Origin: the human T2T-CHM13v2.0 reference genome, Homo sapiens
DNA length: 64,000 bases
Assembly: GCF_009914755.1 (NCBI RefSeq)
Contig: NC_060932.1
Direction: 5' to 3' (one strand)
The notes under the pieces were generated by a model. It saw only the letters and a program-made list of their open reading frames with translations, searched no databases and was not told where the DNA came from. Made by a program: the position numbers and the translations under genes. Numbering within the stretch: position 1 is the stretch's first letter; each line of letters starts with the position of its first letter. This document shows, piece by piece, positions 51,320-64,000 of this stretch.

Positions 51320-53899
51320 GTTTTAAGGTCCGTTGAACCTCCCTGCCCTCCCGTGAAGGAGCACAAATATGATGAATGATGGAATGAAATGGAGCGGAGA
51401 AGGCACAAAATGGGACATTTATAGGTTTTTGGGAATACTGATCAGCATGAGCATATTTATCTGCTCTACTGAGTAAGGCTGTGGGCAGAAGGTTACTGAC
51501 TACTCTTCCCTTTCTGCCTAAAAATAGACTGGCTTCCTGATATTCAGAGAAGCAGGGATCAACCAATAATTCCATATACGGATATTGAAGAGGAAAGTGA
51601 ACCAACATTGAGGTGTGGCTACTTAGTGCCAAGCCCTGTGCTAGGTGCTAGAGACATGGTTGTGTAAAGATATATTTTCTGCCTTCAGAAAGCTGCGGTG
51701 TCCACCACAGTTGAGCAGATAATTAGCTTATTTCCCAGCAACATGACTCCCATCTACCAACAGAAACATAGGCCCACGTGCATTAGGAGACATGTGCACG
51801 AACGTTCATTGTAGCACATTTCCTTGCAGCCAAGAGAATGCAACCAAATAGTGTATTATGACAACAACAAAACACAATGTATTTCCACACCACAACAAGA
51901 ATAGAAAAACAAGAAGATGTGTACAACAACGTGGATGAACCTCACAAACGCTATGCTGAAAGAAAAAAAAAAAACAGAGACAACGTACCACATTATTCCA
52001 AAAATTTGGCAAAATTCACCTATTTATGAAGAGCCAGGATATTGTCTACTTTGGAGGAAGAGGACATGCTCTTCTCTCATTTGATGAAGTTATCCGCTGT
52101 CGGAGGTGACAGTCTAGTGAGGGATGCAGAGAGCCCCCGGCAACCACAGGGCTGTGTCATCCTGGGCTGGAGGGAGGTTTGTGGGCTCTGGGGTGCTGGG
52201 AGTTGTGAAAACAGAATCTGCAAGGACACGATATTTTTGTGTGTGGGTTTATATAATGTGTGGTATTAAAACACACAGTGGATAAATCTGCACATTTTGC
52301 CCCTATTTGATTTTAGTCCCAGGATCACTTAGATTTATTTCCCTTAAAATTCTCTTAAGCAAAAGGGGCAAGTGAGAAGGATGTCTTCTCTCCTATCCCC
52401 CTGGGCTTCATAACAATTGCTGTTAGCTTCTTATTAATCCTTCCAGAGGTGTCCCATGTGTATGGAAGCAGAGATGAATCCATACCCCATTTTTATGTAA
52501 GCAATAGCAGACTCTAGATATCATTCTGGACTTGCCTATATTACTTGTTATAGCTTGCAGAGCCTTGTTATTCTTCAGATTAGACACATCATATTTTCTG
52601 CAAGCTGTCTTCTGCGTTATTTAACCAGTCTACAACAACCATATCTCACCATGAGTCTTACCTAGACATGGATTTTGAAAAAGAGACATCAAGCAGTGGT
52701 CTTGGACTTTCTGCATGGGTGAACAGTGTGAGCATCTCAAAGAGGCAGGGGCTGGGTGTTCATTTTGAACTTTCCACCTCTGGAGAGATTAAGCAGGACA
52801 ATGTGCCCTGGCAGGGACTCTCTGACTCACAGACCTTTCTGTACCTTGCAAAATCACCTTTGAAGTTAAGACTTTAGGGAAAATTGGGCACTCCAAGCTG
52901 CTTTTGACCCTCCACCAAAAAAAAAGAGAGAAAAAAAAAAGTTACCTTAAATGTTAGCTATGTACTAAGTAATTGTAAAATAGTTATGAATATTTGTGAG
53001 GGTCCAACTCAGTACTTTAAGAAATCGATTAAAATGTGAAATTCTTTCTCTGTGGAGCATTTGTTCTGAAGACATCTCTGAAATCTCTCAAAAAAAAAAA
53101 AAAAAAGAAAGAAAGAAAGAAAAGCAATTTCATTTGCCCCTTAGGGAAATTGGCTTCCACACCAAGATGATACCCTAAGTTCAAGGGTCCCAAGGAATAA
53201 TGACAATTCTGAATGTATCCTGTGCATGGACAAAGTGGCTGTACGATACATGAACCATTGTTTGATAAAAACACTGAGTGTGGATATTCAAAAATTTGAG
53301 TCATTTTTTAAAAGTCACTAAGATGACTTATAGATAAAACAATAAAATGCATATTTTATACTTTACATTCATTCTTTCTATTTATACTACACGTTATTTG
53401 GAAAGGATCCAAGGTAAATGTGGATGGCATATTTTTTCTAGCAGTACAGTTACTAATCAAATCATTGTGAAATTATAGTTTAGAAAATTTCTGTATAGTT
53501 TGGAAACAATAAACTATGTTGGAAAATAAATTCATTTGGGGGAGAAATAAATTAATAGTATTAAATTTTATCATGTACCTTCTCCTCCAGACTTGAATCC
53601 ATTCCCAAATCACAGACCCAGAAAGCAATCCCCACGGAACTATTTTGTGGATAATTCTGAAGAATAAGGCATATCATTTCAAAGAAATCAAACTAGAAAA
53701 TCACGCTTATTGGCTAATTTTGTTAATATCTGGTTATAGGTTCATAGGTTCATATAATTGCAGAGTTGAAAGGAAATAGAGTTCAATTTGTGCCAACACA
53801 CAAGCTAATTATTCTGATGTGCATCATACTCATGAATGGAAAAGAAGAGTGTAAGGAGAAGAGAGGAAAGATAACTTTGGGTTTGCAAACATTTGATAG

Positions 53900-54915
<1,016 letters not shown>

Positions 54916-55785
54916 TGGCAAATCCAGTGGCTGCTTACTGGTGTCTCCTTTTGGGATGATGAAAAAGTCAGCTGGGGTTTCTCCCCACTTTTTTATCCTC
55001 ATGGACAATGCTAATGTTACTCCTCTTGCTCCGGAGGTTTTATTTATTTATGTATTTTGGGTTTTCAAGAAAGAGGCAGGGTTTGTGTTCATGAATTTAA
55101 TCTCTCTTTATGAAGGCATACTAACTTTCCATTTTGGTCTTATTATTTATTTCCATTTTGGTCTTATCAACTAAGGGAGATTCCCTGGGTGCAGAAGGTC
55201 ATTTCCCATGACCCAAAGAGGTAAAAATAAGCCAGGTGAGAGCAGGTCAAGCCTGCAGAGTTGCGGTGACGACCACATGTAGGGACAGGAAGAAAAGATT
55301 AGAAGCGCCCATTATTTATGTCACACGAGGTGCAATGGGGTGGAATTGACTGAGCCTGCCCACCTGTTCCTTGCCCCGCAAACCTCAGGCATTGAAGAGA
55401 AGACAGGCTTCCTGATGATGGGGACTCTCTGAGCAATGGATGAGTCAGAAGGATCAAATCCCGGGAAAAGCTGCTGGGGTGCAGTGGAGGGAAGGATGCT
55501 GCGCGGAAGGTGGGCGTGCAGAGTGGAATACAAGGCAGTCAGGTGTGCTGCAGTGCGTTCTGAGACAGCCTCCAGCAAGCTTCTGTCTAAGGACCTCTTC
55601 CCACTGCGTAAAACTGGTGGCCATAAAACCTCATCAGGGCTCAGGGGCCTGTACTAAAAAGCTGCTGTGAGAACAAAGAATGCATAACTAACGGAATTGG
55701 TGGCTCAGGACTGACCTTGAGAACCCATTATATTTATTCAGTTGTCTCCAAGCAGGATGGCACATTTGTTTTTTTAACGTCTGTA

Positions 55786-55972
55786 ATTTTTATTTATTTT
55801 TATTTTATTTTACTTTAAGTTCTGGGATACATGTGCAGAACGTGCAGGTTTGTTACATAGATATGCATGTGCCATGGTGGTTTTCTGCACCCATCAACCC
55901 GTCATCTATATTCTAAGCCCCACATACATTAGGTATTTGTCCTAATGCTCTCCCTCCCCTTGTCCACAACCC
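55786..55972 (-). mobile_element. 5'-truncated L1PA 3' end
   Basis: TTTTACTTTAAGTTCTGGGATACATGTGCAGAACGTGCAGGTTTGTTACATAG... Confidence 0.92.
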
Positions 55973-56972
55973 AGCACTGCAAATATTATAATATCAAAGA
56001 ATGAGAGGAAAAAAAAATCAGTTTCTACCTGTTTTTTATGAATCCCAGGTAGGCTCCAAAATCTCCCTGGGTAACATGCTTTAAATGTCATATCATCTTT
56101 TTATAAAATTTTTATTTATTTTTACTCACCGCTATGCAAACAAGGAGTCTTATCATCTTACTGCCCAGAAAGCGCTTTCTTATGTTAACTCTGTGAGTTT
56201 CTGGATGCAACTTAAGTCTACAACAGAATGTCTTTGCTTATAATTAAGTGATATCTTTGTATATACATATATATGTTTATTTTTAGGCACATTAATTTTG
56301 TTCTTACAAACGTATATTTAACATTTAAGAGTAATGCAATAACTTGATGGTATTTTTAAAGGTGCAAATATCTAAAAATCACCAATAATTTTAACATTAG
56401 AAACTTTATTGTTTTTAAGCATACTTTTCACAGTTAATTTTATATCAAATATGTGAACATTGGTATCATAATTTTTAGGACATGTAAGTATTTTGAAAAT
56501 GTTATGCATTTTGATGGTTTTTCACTGTGTTATATTTATTATACCTAAGGAATATGTAATATCTCTGAGTAGATTTATTGTAGTTTGCTAATATAGTGCT
56601 CCATTTTGAACTTTTTAGAGTTTTTTTTGGTTTCTCAAAGTATTTTTTTATTTCCCAGGATAATTTCTGAGCAGAATAACTGAAACAATGAGAACGAGTA
56701 TTTTATATCTTACATACATATTAAGATTGCTTTACAAAGAGGTTATTTAAGTTACCAGTGCTTCTGGTTTTGTATGTGAGGACTAGTTTCATATACCTTC
56801 ATTATCCGTGGGTATCAGCCCCGTGTGAGTGTGCCCATACATAAGTTGATTAAGGAACATCTTTGTTCAGAAAAAAAGCCTGGAAAGGTGGCATTCTGTA
56901 AAGGGCTCTGTGTACCTAGTTTCTTTCCTATGCTGAGCCCCAGGATCCTGATTCTTACCCAGATGCTTATAT

Positions 56973-57052
56973 TTAGGTTGGTGCAAAAGTAATTGCGGTT
57001 TTGACCGTTATTTTCAATGGCAAAAACCACAATTACTTTTGTAGCAATCTAA
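56973..57052. mobile_element. MADE1 palindromic MITE in a SPAG11 intron
   Basis: TTAGGTTGGTGCAAAAGTAATTGCGGTTTT...AAAACCACAATTACTTTTGTAGCAATCTAA followed by TA. Confidence 0.92.
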
Positions 57053-57923
57053 TACATAACAATATTTGCAGGAAGTTTTAATTTATGGGGATTAAAGAAA
57101 GCTGCAAAGAGAATAATGAGCTCAAAGTTTTGTGATGTGCAGTTTATTATTAATTAACTTGAGCCTAAAATAATGATCACTGATGAAGATTTTATGGACA
57201 GATTAGGCAAATATCATTATTTCTTCCCTATTTATTTATTAAAGACATCCATGAAACTTCTTTTAAGTAGAGATACCCTACAGAAAAGTTTAAGACAAAC
57301 AGCAGATTCTACCCACATTCACTCTTTGCCACCTCTCACTCGCTTGCTTACCCTACCAAAGCAATCCTGCACAGCTGGTCTGCATGAGCAAGCAGATGTT
57401 AGCGGTCAGTGTAAAACTAGCAGAAGTGAAGTCAGCACTTTTAGAAACTGGAAGAGACTTAACTGAACTGGAATATGTGCGATTTCAATGGAAAAATGCA
57501 GTTTTAAAACAATCAATATGTATTTATTCCTAATGAGATTTGAGAAACTGTGGTCAGCAAAATGAGAATTAGATCCCATGAGAAAGTCACACGTTGAGAA
57601 AGAAAGGGACTATTTGCAAATATAAGACTATTTAAAAATAATTAAAAATCTAATAACTGAACTTCAAAATCCAAAAATAGTAAAAAAAAAAAAAAAAAAT
57701 AGAAGGGCTCTACAGATATAAAAATAAATATCTGCAAAGTAGAGAACAAAAGGGAAAAGCATGAAAATTATGGTTGAAAGATAATGAGAGGATATTTCAA
57801 GGATAACTGGGGTTTAAGCAGGAGGCATTCCAGAGAAAGGGAAGATAATTGATGGAGGAAAGAATATGTAAGGTTAGATATAAAAGGAGCACATGTACAT
57901 GGATAAGAATAAAGCGGTAACCT

Positions 57924-58245
57924 GGCCGGGCGCGGTGGCTCACGCCTGTAATTCTAGCACTTCGGGAGGCCGAGGAGGACCTCAAACTCCTGAGGTCGGG
58001 AGTTTGAGACCAGCCTGATCAACATGGAGAAACCCCGTCTCTACTAAAAATACAAAATTAGCCAGGCATGGTGGTGGACACCTGTAATCCCAGCTACTTA
58101 GGAAGGCTGAGGCAGGAGAATTGCTTGAACCTGGGAGAATCGCTTGAACCCGGGAGGTGGAGGTGGTGGTGAGCCAAAATCGCACCATTGCACTCCAGCC
58201 TGGGCAACAAGGGTGAAACTCTGTCTCAAAAAAAAAAGAAAAAAG
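57924..58245 (+). mobile_element. Alu (Sp-like) with an internal 19-bp tandem duplication
   Basis: GGCCGGGCGCGGTGGCTCACGCC...AACATGGAGAAACCCCG...GGAGAATTGCTTGAACCTG GGAGAATCGCTTGAACCCG. Confidence 0.93.
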
Positions 58246-58361
58246 AGAATAAAGTAGTAACCCAGTAAAACTATTAAATTTTACAGAAGAGAAAAAATGA
58301 TCAATAAACAAAAGAAAAAACGCTCAACTACACAGTAATCAAGGGTGTGCCAGACTGATAT

Positions 58362-59119
58362 CTGCAAGATGGTGGACTAAGAGGCTCCAGCCTTTCCTTC
58401 CTTCCACGGATATACCAAAGAAATATCAACACACAGATCGGTTCTTTCTGAGAGAAAACCATGGACTAATTGAAAGACTACTACACATCAAGCAACTGAG
58501 AAAATATTCATGTGAAAACAGGTGGGAAGAGCTGAGACACACTCCCCGCACAATCCCTATCCCAGACATAACACCTTACAATTAATTGGTAAGGAAGTCC
58601 CAACTCCTAGCTTCTCCCTGAGGAGTGAAGGGTTTGGACCACACATATAGTACCCTGACCTTTATGCTTCCCACCCAGGGGTTTGGCTCCTAAATCACCC
58701 AGCTCAGGGTTGATAGAGCTGGGCATCTGCAGGTCTCCCTAAACCACAGACACCAAAGAGATGGTGGGACACAGATTTGCAAGCACTTTTGGCAGCTCTC
58801 TCCCTGGGCTCAGGCCAGAGCAGGCAGGTAAATGCCCACCTCCCGGTTTCTACCTGCAAGGGGTTTATCTACCCATTTTCCCATCTGCTGCCTGAGGGTT
58901 GACTTCTGGGTCTGTATCTGGGAGCCAAAGGGGCAGGGTGAACAGTAGACCTGTGGGAGCCTGAACAGAGGTATAGGTAGGCACTGCGCCTGCTCCTCTC
59001 GACTAGCTCCAGCAAGAAATCCAGGTCTCCAGCTTCTCCCTTGAAGGAGAATACTTCAAGCACAGTTTTATAGCTGCCACCTGGAGGACTGGCTCCTAAA
59101 TCACTTATCTCTAGAAGTT
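58362..59119 (+). mobile_element. Old L1 5' UTR-like fragment
   Basis: Begins CAAGATGGTGGACTAAGAGGCTCC and contains CTTCTCCCTGAGGAGTGAAGGGTTTG, as in L1M 5' ends. Confidence 0.55.
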
Positions 59120-59123
59120 AATG

Positions 59124-59757
59124 TGAGGCAGGAGAATTGCAGAGGAAATTGGAAGTTGGATAAAGGATAGAGTGAATAAAAGCAGAAACAGAAGCAAGGT
59201 GAAGGGGTGGGTGAGCAAGAAGCAAGATAAAAGGCAGAAGTGAAGCAGCCAAAAGAAAAAGTGAGATAAAGAAGAGAGCAAGGACCCCATGGCCAGCAAG
59301 ATCCAGATCAAACCAGGAAGGGGCAGCTCTTCAGAGATAGGCATGCGCATTAAAGAGAAAAAGTATCCTTAACAGGATGCTGTATGATAATCAGCTCATT
59401 AAAGCTCATGCATATGGACTACCTATCACGCATGTAGTTAAAATTATGGGATGGAGACAATTCACAAGCCCGCACAGGCTAAAGTAACTAAGCAACACAC
59501 CTATCTATCAAAAGGCAGGCACCGGCAAAAGATCAGGCAGCCTTGCGAAGAGAAGGGGAAAAAACACATAAAAAGATCCAAGGTACACCGAAGCCATGCT
59601 AATCTCATTTGGCAGAAGTCAGCCCACTCTCCCCTCTCCGGGAATGTAATACTGCGCTTCACACACTTTTGCTGCTTGCTTTGCTGTCTGAGTATCACAT
59701 CCAGTTCTTTGTTCAGGACACCAAAAGCCTGGAATTGCACAGCACCATCGGGTTATA
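59124..59757 (+). mobile_element. Solo ERV LTR (family not determined; 4-bp TSD suggests ERV1)
   Basis: Starts TGAGGCAGGAGAAT, has CATAAAA and ...CAGTTCTTTGTTCAGGACACCAAAAGCCTGGA near the end; TSD AATG (59120-59123 / 59758-59761). Confidence 0.7.
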
Positions 59758-60414
59758 AATGGGTCTCTGCATTTTGTGTCTTCTAAGGCCACAGAGAACA
59801 AATGGGTAGTTTTAAAGGGGCACAAGAGGACTTCCAGAGGGTATTCTTCCAGGTTTAGCACAAAGAGAACAGGCAGTAACTCCCAGCTCTCAGTATCTCC
59901 CCAGAAGGCATTTGCCTGCACACTCTCTCAGCTGCTGCTAGAGAACAGGGCTTCGAACTGGCCTGCAGGTAGGAGATGATGGGGCTGATGGAGAATGGGT
60001 TTGACCACACACCTGACACCTCAACTACATTTCACAGTACTTAGAATAGAATGGACTCCATTGCACAGTACCTAGAATAGAAGTAGGTATTCAAAAAATA
60101 GTTTTTAAATAAAAGAACAAATTATTTTAATTCTTTCTAATAAAAGTTTATGATATCCACATTTACTAGCACAAATTGTGTGATTTTGAAAATTCTGTTC
60201 ATGTCAAGCTAAGTCATCTTCTGTAAGATCACAGGTAGCATTTTTGTCATTTATCTTGCCACAATAAAATATTTGAACTGTCTGGCACAAGTGGCAATAT
60301 CTCCGCTCCCTGCTGCTCAGACACTTCCGCAAAAAACCTGCACCTGATTGGACAACGTGGCCCCGGAGAACAGGTAAGTGGCAGAGCTTTGTTTCTATAT
60401 CAGCAACATCAGTT

Positions 60415-60542
60415 TTAATGTAAACAGCAGGCGTCTTTCTTTTTAGAGCAGTAGCCTACTTGTGTTTCCATATAATTACAGTATTCTTGGCAGAAGCCTT
60501 CACTTCTCCTGCAGTCAACAACTTTTAAATCTGATGCAGGTT
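60415..60542 (-). CDS. SPAG11: SPAG11 beta-defensin exon of isoform C (EP2C)
   Basis: gcag|AA CCT GCA encodes (E)PASDLKVVDCRRSEGFCQEYCNYMETQVGYCSKKKDACCLH*. Confidence 0.97.
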
Positions 60543-61619
60543 CTGCATTAAAAAAAGAAAAAATCCAACATTAGCTTCTTAAGACCATCTCCAGAATCAA
60601 ACAGTGGTCATTTGAGCCGTGAGGGACAGGGTGGGGGTGGCATGGATATGAAACAGCTTTCCATAGTTAATAGCTTCAAGTTCCAAACTAAAACATCAAC
60701 TCCAGATATATAGCTCTGCCCCACTAAATCTCCTTTAACCAAAGGAAGGAATAATCCTGTCTCACAGGAATACTGTTAGACTAAATAACACACGCCTACT
60801 ATTGCACCTGTTTATATTTGTTGTGTAATAATTGAGTTTTCTTTTTCCCTTCCCTTGGGAGGAGATCCAGATGAATGAGTCCTTTGGAACTGTGGGCCAA
60901 TTAGAAAGGGATGGGAGGTTGGGTAGGATGCTGCAGGCATCAAATTCAGCAGGACTTTATTTGCTGGATGTCACAGCAATTTGCCAACACCCTCCTGTCT
61001 TTCTTGCTCTTGCCCACTGATCTGCTAACCTAGTTCTCCCTGTCTTAGGGTCAGCAATCAGCTTGGCATTAAAGAAGCATCTTGGAAACTACAGGCTCTT
61101 CCAGGCCCTTTTGGATTTGAAGCTGGTCCTGCCCAGGGGTTTGGGGGCTGACCAGAAGCCTGGCCCTTCTGGAAGAGTCCAGAAGAGTGGCTGTGGGCTC
61201 AATTGTCCCTTGCCATGTCCTGCTACCTCCTTGCCTGAGTAGACTGACAATACAGTCTATTCTCTGCCCCCATCCTCAGGAAGCATTTCCCAGACCTCAA
61301 TGGACACCTGAAACTTAGTAGGTAGGTATTCAGTAAATTCCTTGAACGGGAACGACCTCCAAAGCTAAGGGCATGGGGCTGCAACCTGGCAGGAGGCCAT
61401 GTTTCCACCAGTGTCTCCTCTGGCACCTGTTCTTGGAGGAAGCCAGCAATTACAGGTGTGGCTTCAGATAAATTGCCTTTTGGCCCCTCAATACTCCCAC
61501 GTTCCACAAGGCCCTCAATGATCCAGCCCCAGGGGAAGCTGTGAGACCCCGTGGTCTCCCTGACAGGCAGGGCAGCCCAATGCACCCGCACCATGTCTTC
61601 CCCAAACAATGACTGCTCA

Positions 61620-61925
<306 letters not shown>

Positions 61926-62450
61926 TCAGCATGAGGCACCTACACTCTACCAGGTGAGTGAGCATGGGTGATTGGGTGGGGGAGTTGGGAGGGGTGCTAG
62001 TGTTCCGTGTGTGTGCACATTTGTGCACATGCGTTGTATGCACCTATGTGTAGAGAGAGAAGGTGAATGAAGTGTAAGAAATGTATGCCATGAATGGTGA
62101 GTCTGAGCACCTCCTCAAAGCCAGCACAGCCAGAGAATTTATTTCAAGTGTCACTAATGCAGTTGTTAAGATTCCCTAAAATGTAATGTTCTTCTCTGTA
62201 AGGGAAAGGGGAATGTTAAAAGGATAAGAAAATGGAGTCAGGGAGGGACACTCTTCCCTGGGAAGCAAGTGCCATCAGCCAATTCAGAGTGCCATTTATG
62301 AACCCAGTTCAGAGACTCGTACCCAAAGCTCCACCAGGAATACATGCCCCAAGGACTTCATCTCTCCCTGTCCAGCCTGGACTCCCATACCTCAGATGAC
62401 CATTGCGGAGAGATTCTGGCACCCAGACCCGGGTCACCTTTCCATTTTAC

Positions 62451-62511
62451 CTGGAAACAGCAGGGCCACAAGGAGAAGGCTGGTGACGGACGGGAGCAAT
62501 CGTTGCCTCAT
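62451..62511 (-). CDS. SPAG11: SPAG11 exon 1 (promoter A), signal peptide
   Basis: MRQRLLPSVTSLLLVALLFP(G), ending CCAG|gtaaa. Confidence 0.98.
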
Positions 62512-64000
62512 GTCTGCCAAGAGCACTGCAAGTCAGAAAGCACCCAGGGTGGGTGGGCAGGCAGCGGGGCTCCTTTGATGGAGTGAGGCTGGGTGTGTGG
62601 GCCCGGAGCGTGGGAAGAGCTGTGCTCCAGGATGACTTCTCATTCTCAAAGGACAATGTGGACACGCTACTATCCCACTGCTGGTGGAACAAACACTTGA
62701 GACACATATTTCAGGAAGTAAATAATACGCCTGAATGCCTTGGGTGGGTTTGGTGAATAAGGAAGAACAGAGAGAAACAGAAAGATGAAAGGCATGGAGG
62801 GGCAGAACAAACATAACTATCATAAAGTTGCCAATGTCCTCAAACGCTTCTCAAAAGCCCCCTAATGTTCATGAGAACAGGGACATAAATAAACTGCCAT
62901 GTCGATTCTATCCTGTTGGCTGAGCGTTTTTATTTTAGTGTTAAAAAATCATGCATAAGACACACAACATAACAGGTAGGACCTGGTTTTACAAACTATC
63001 CCTTCCTGAAGTTATACAGAGAGTTCCAAGGCTGCTCAAAATGTTCTTTTCTTTTTCTTCTCCTCTCTGAGTCTCTTTCCCTGTTTCTTGGTCCCCTCCA
63101 CTTCTCCTTCCTCACTTTGGACCCCCCTCCTTTCTATTTTAACTTATTTGAGTTGTCTTGATTTTTCTCTCCCCTTTCCATTCTCTTTACCCCCAGACAC
63201 CTCCTGTTGATGTCACTGGGTCCAATTCAATTCTTTTAAAAAAGAAAAAAAAAATCTGTGTTTGAGTCTGGGTTTTCTCCTCTAGTAATATCCAAGCAGA
63301 GGACTTGTCTTCCCTTCTCCTTCATCTTTTTAAGCATTTTAACCAAGTGTGTGTTTCTTACTTGGCTACATTAGCTCAGGTATGCATGTAACCCAGACAG
63401 TCTGCTCTGGACTTAACTAAAGTGAAGAAGGCTTTGGTTGAAGAGTTTTGTATTCACATAGCATCCAATGTAACATCAGTGATGTCTGGAAAAGATAGTG
63501 CTTATCTCATATGTCTCATTTGCATGTATATTTTAATCCAGACAGAGAAAACAACTTAGGTCATTTGTGTAAATAAAAATACTTACTCTCTACCTGGAGA
63601 AAGCTGGAAGCAAATGGAGAAAGAGGCAGCAATGACAATAGAGACCTGGGCATCCGCTGAAGCACCAGCAAAGGGCGGAAGGTTTGCAGCTGCGGACAGG
63701 TGCACATAGCAGCTGCCCTGGCAGCACAATGCGGAGGCCACTATCTTTTGGGTCTCAGGACAGATTCTCCACTGCAAAGCATGAGGTGCTGGTCAGGGAG
63801 AGCAGGAGCATCATTCACATCCTTTCACTTTAAGGAATTAGGAAGTCTTCCAATTCCAAGAGCACAGGGCAACACTGCGGAGATAGGTGACAACTGGCCC
63901 ATGATAAGTTTCTTTAATCACTTACTGCATCAAATTCTGATAATTGGATGTTGGAAGAACATAGACAGTCAAGAAAGGAGGTAGACAGCTGCTCTACCTC

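Noticed and set aside
55436-55670. Cys-containing plus-strand ORFs in a SPAG11 intron
   Set aside because: The cysteine spacing does not fit defensins in any single frame and there is no signal exon.

Overview
Human (primate) genomic DNA from the 8p23.1 beta-defensin copy-number-variable unit. All genes lie on the minus strand: DEFB4 (hBD-2, 13947-15817), DEFB103 (hBD-3, 27975-29122) and the multi-exon SPAG11/EP2 gene (about 47012-62511). A full-length HSPD1 processed pseudogene sits on the plus strand (17773-20019). The orientation fits the 'B' copies, but A versus B cannot be decided from this sequence. Repeats include a complete HERV-H provirus nested in an MST (MaLR) element, about 13 Alus, old L1/L2/MIR fragments, hAT and mariner DNA elements and solo LTRs. 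No prokaryote-type systems are present. The most notable unexplained signal is a set of apparent beta-defensin fossils. These are a decayed six-cysteine exon just 3' of the SPAG11 EP2C exon (60251-60362), a two-exon defensin-like remnant upstream of SPAG11 (62949-63653), and a decayed DEFB4-like gene (about 40355-41165) at the end of an ancient collinear duplicate of the DEFB4 flank. All alignments were made by eye and need computational confirmation.
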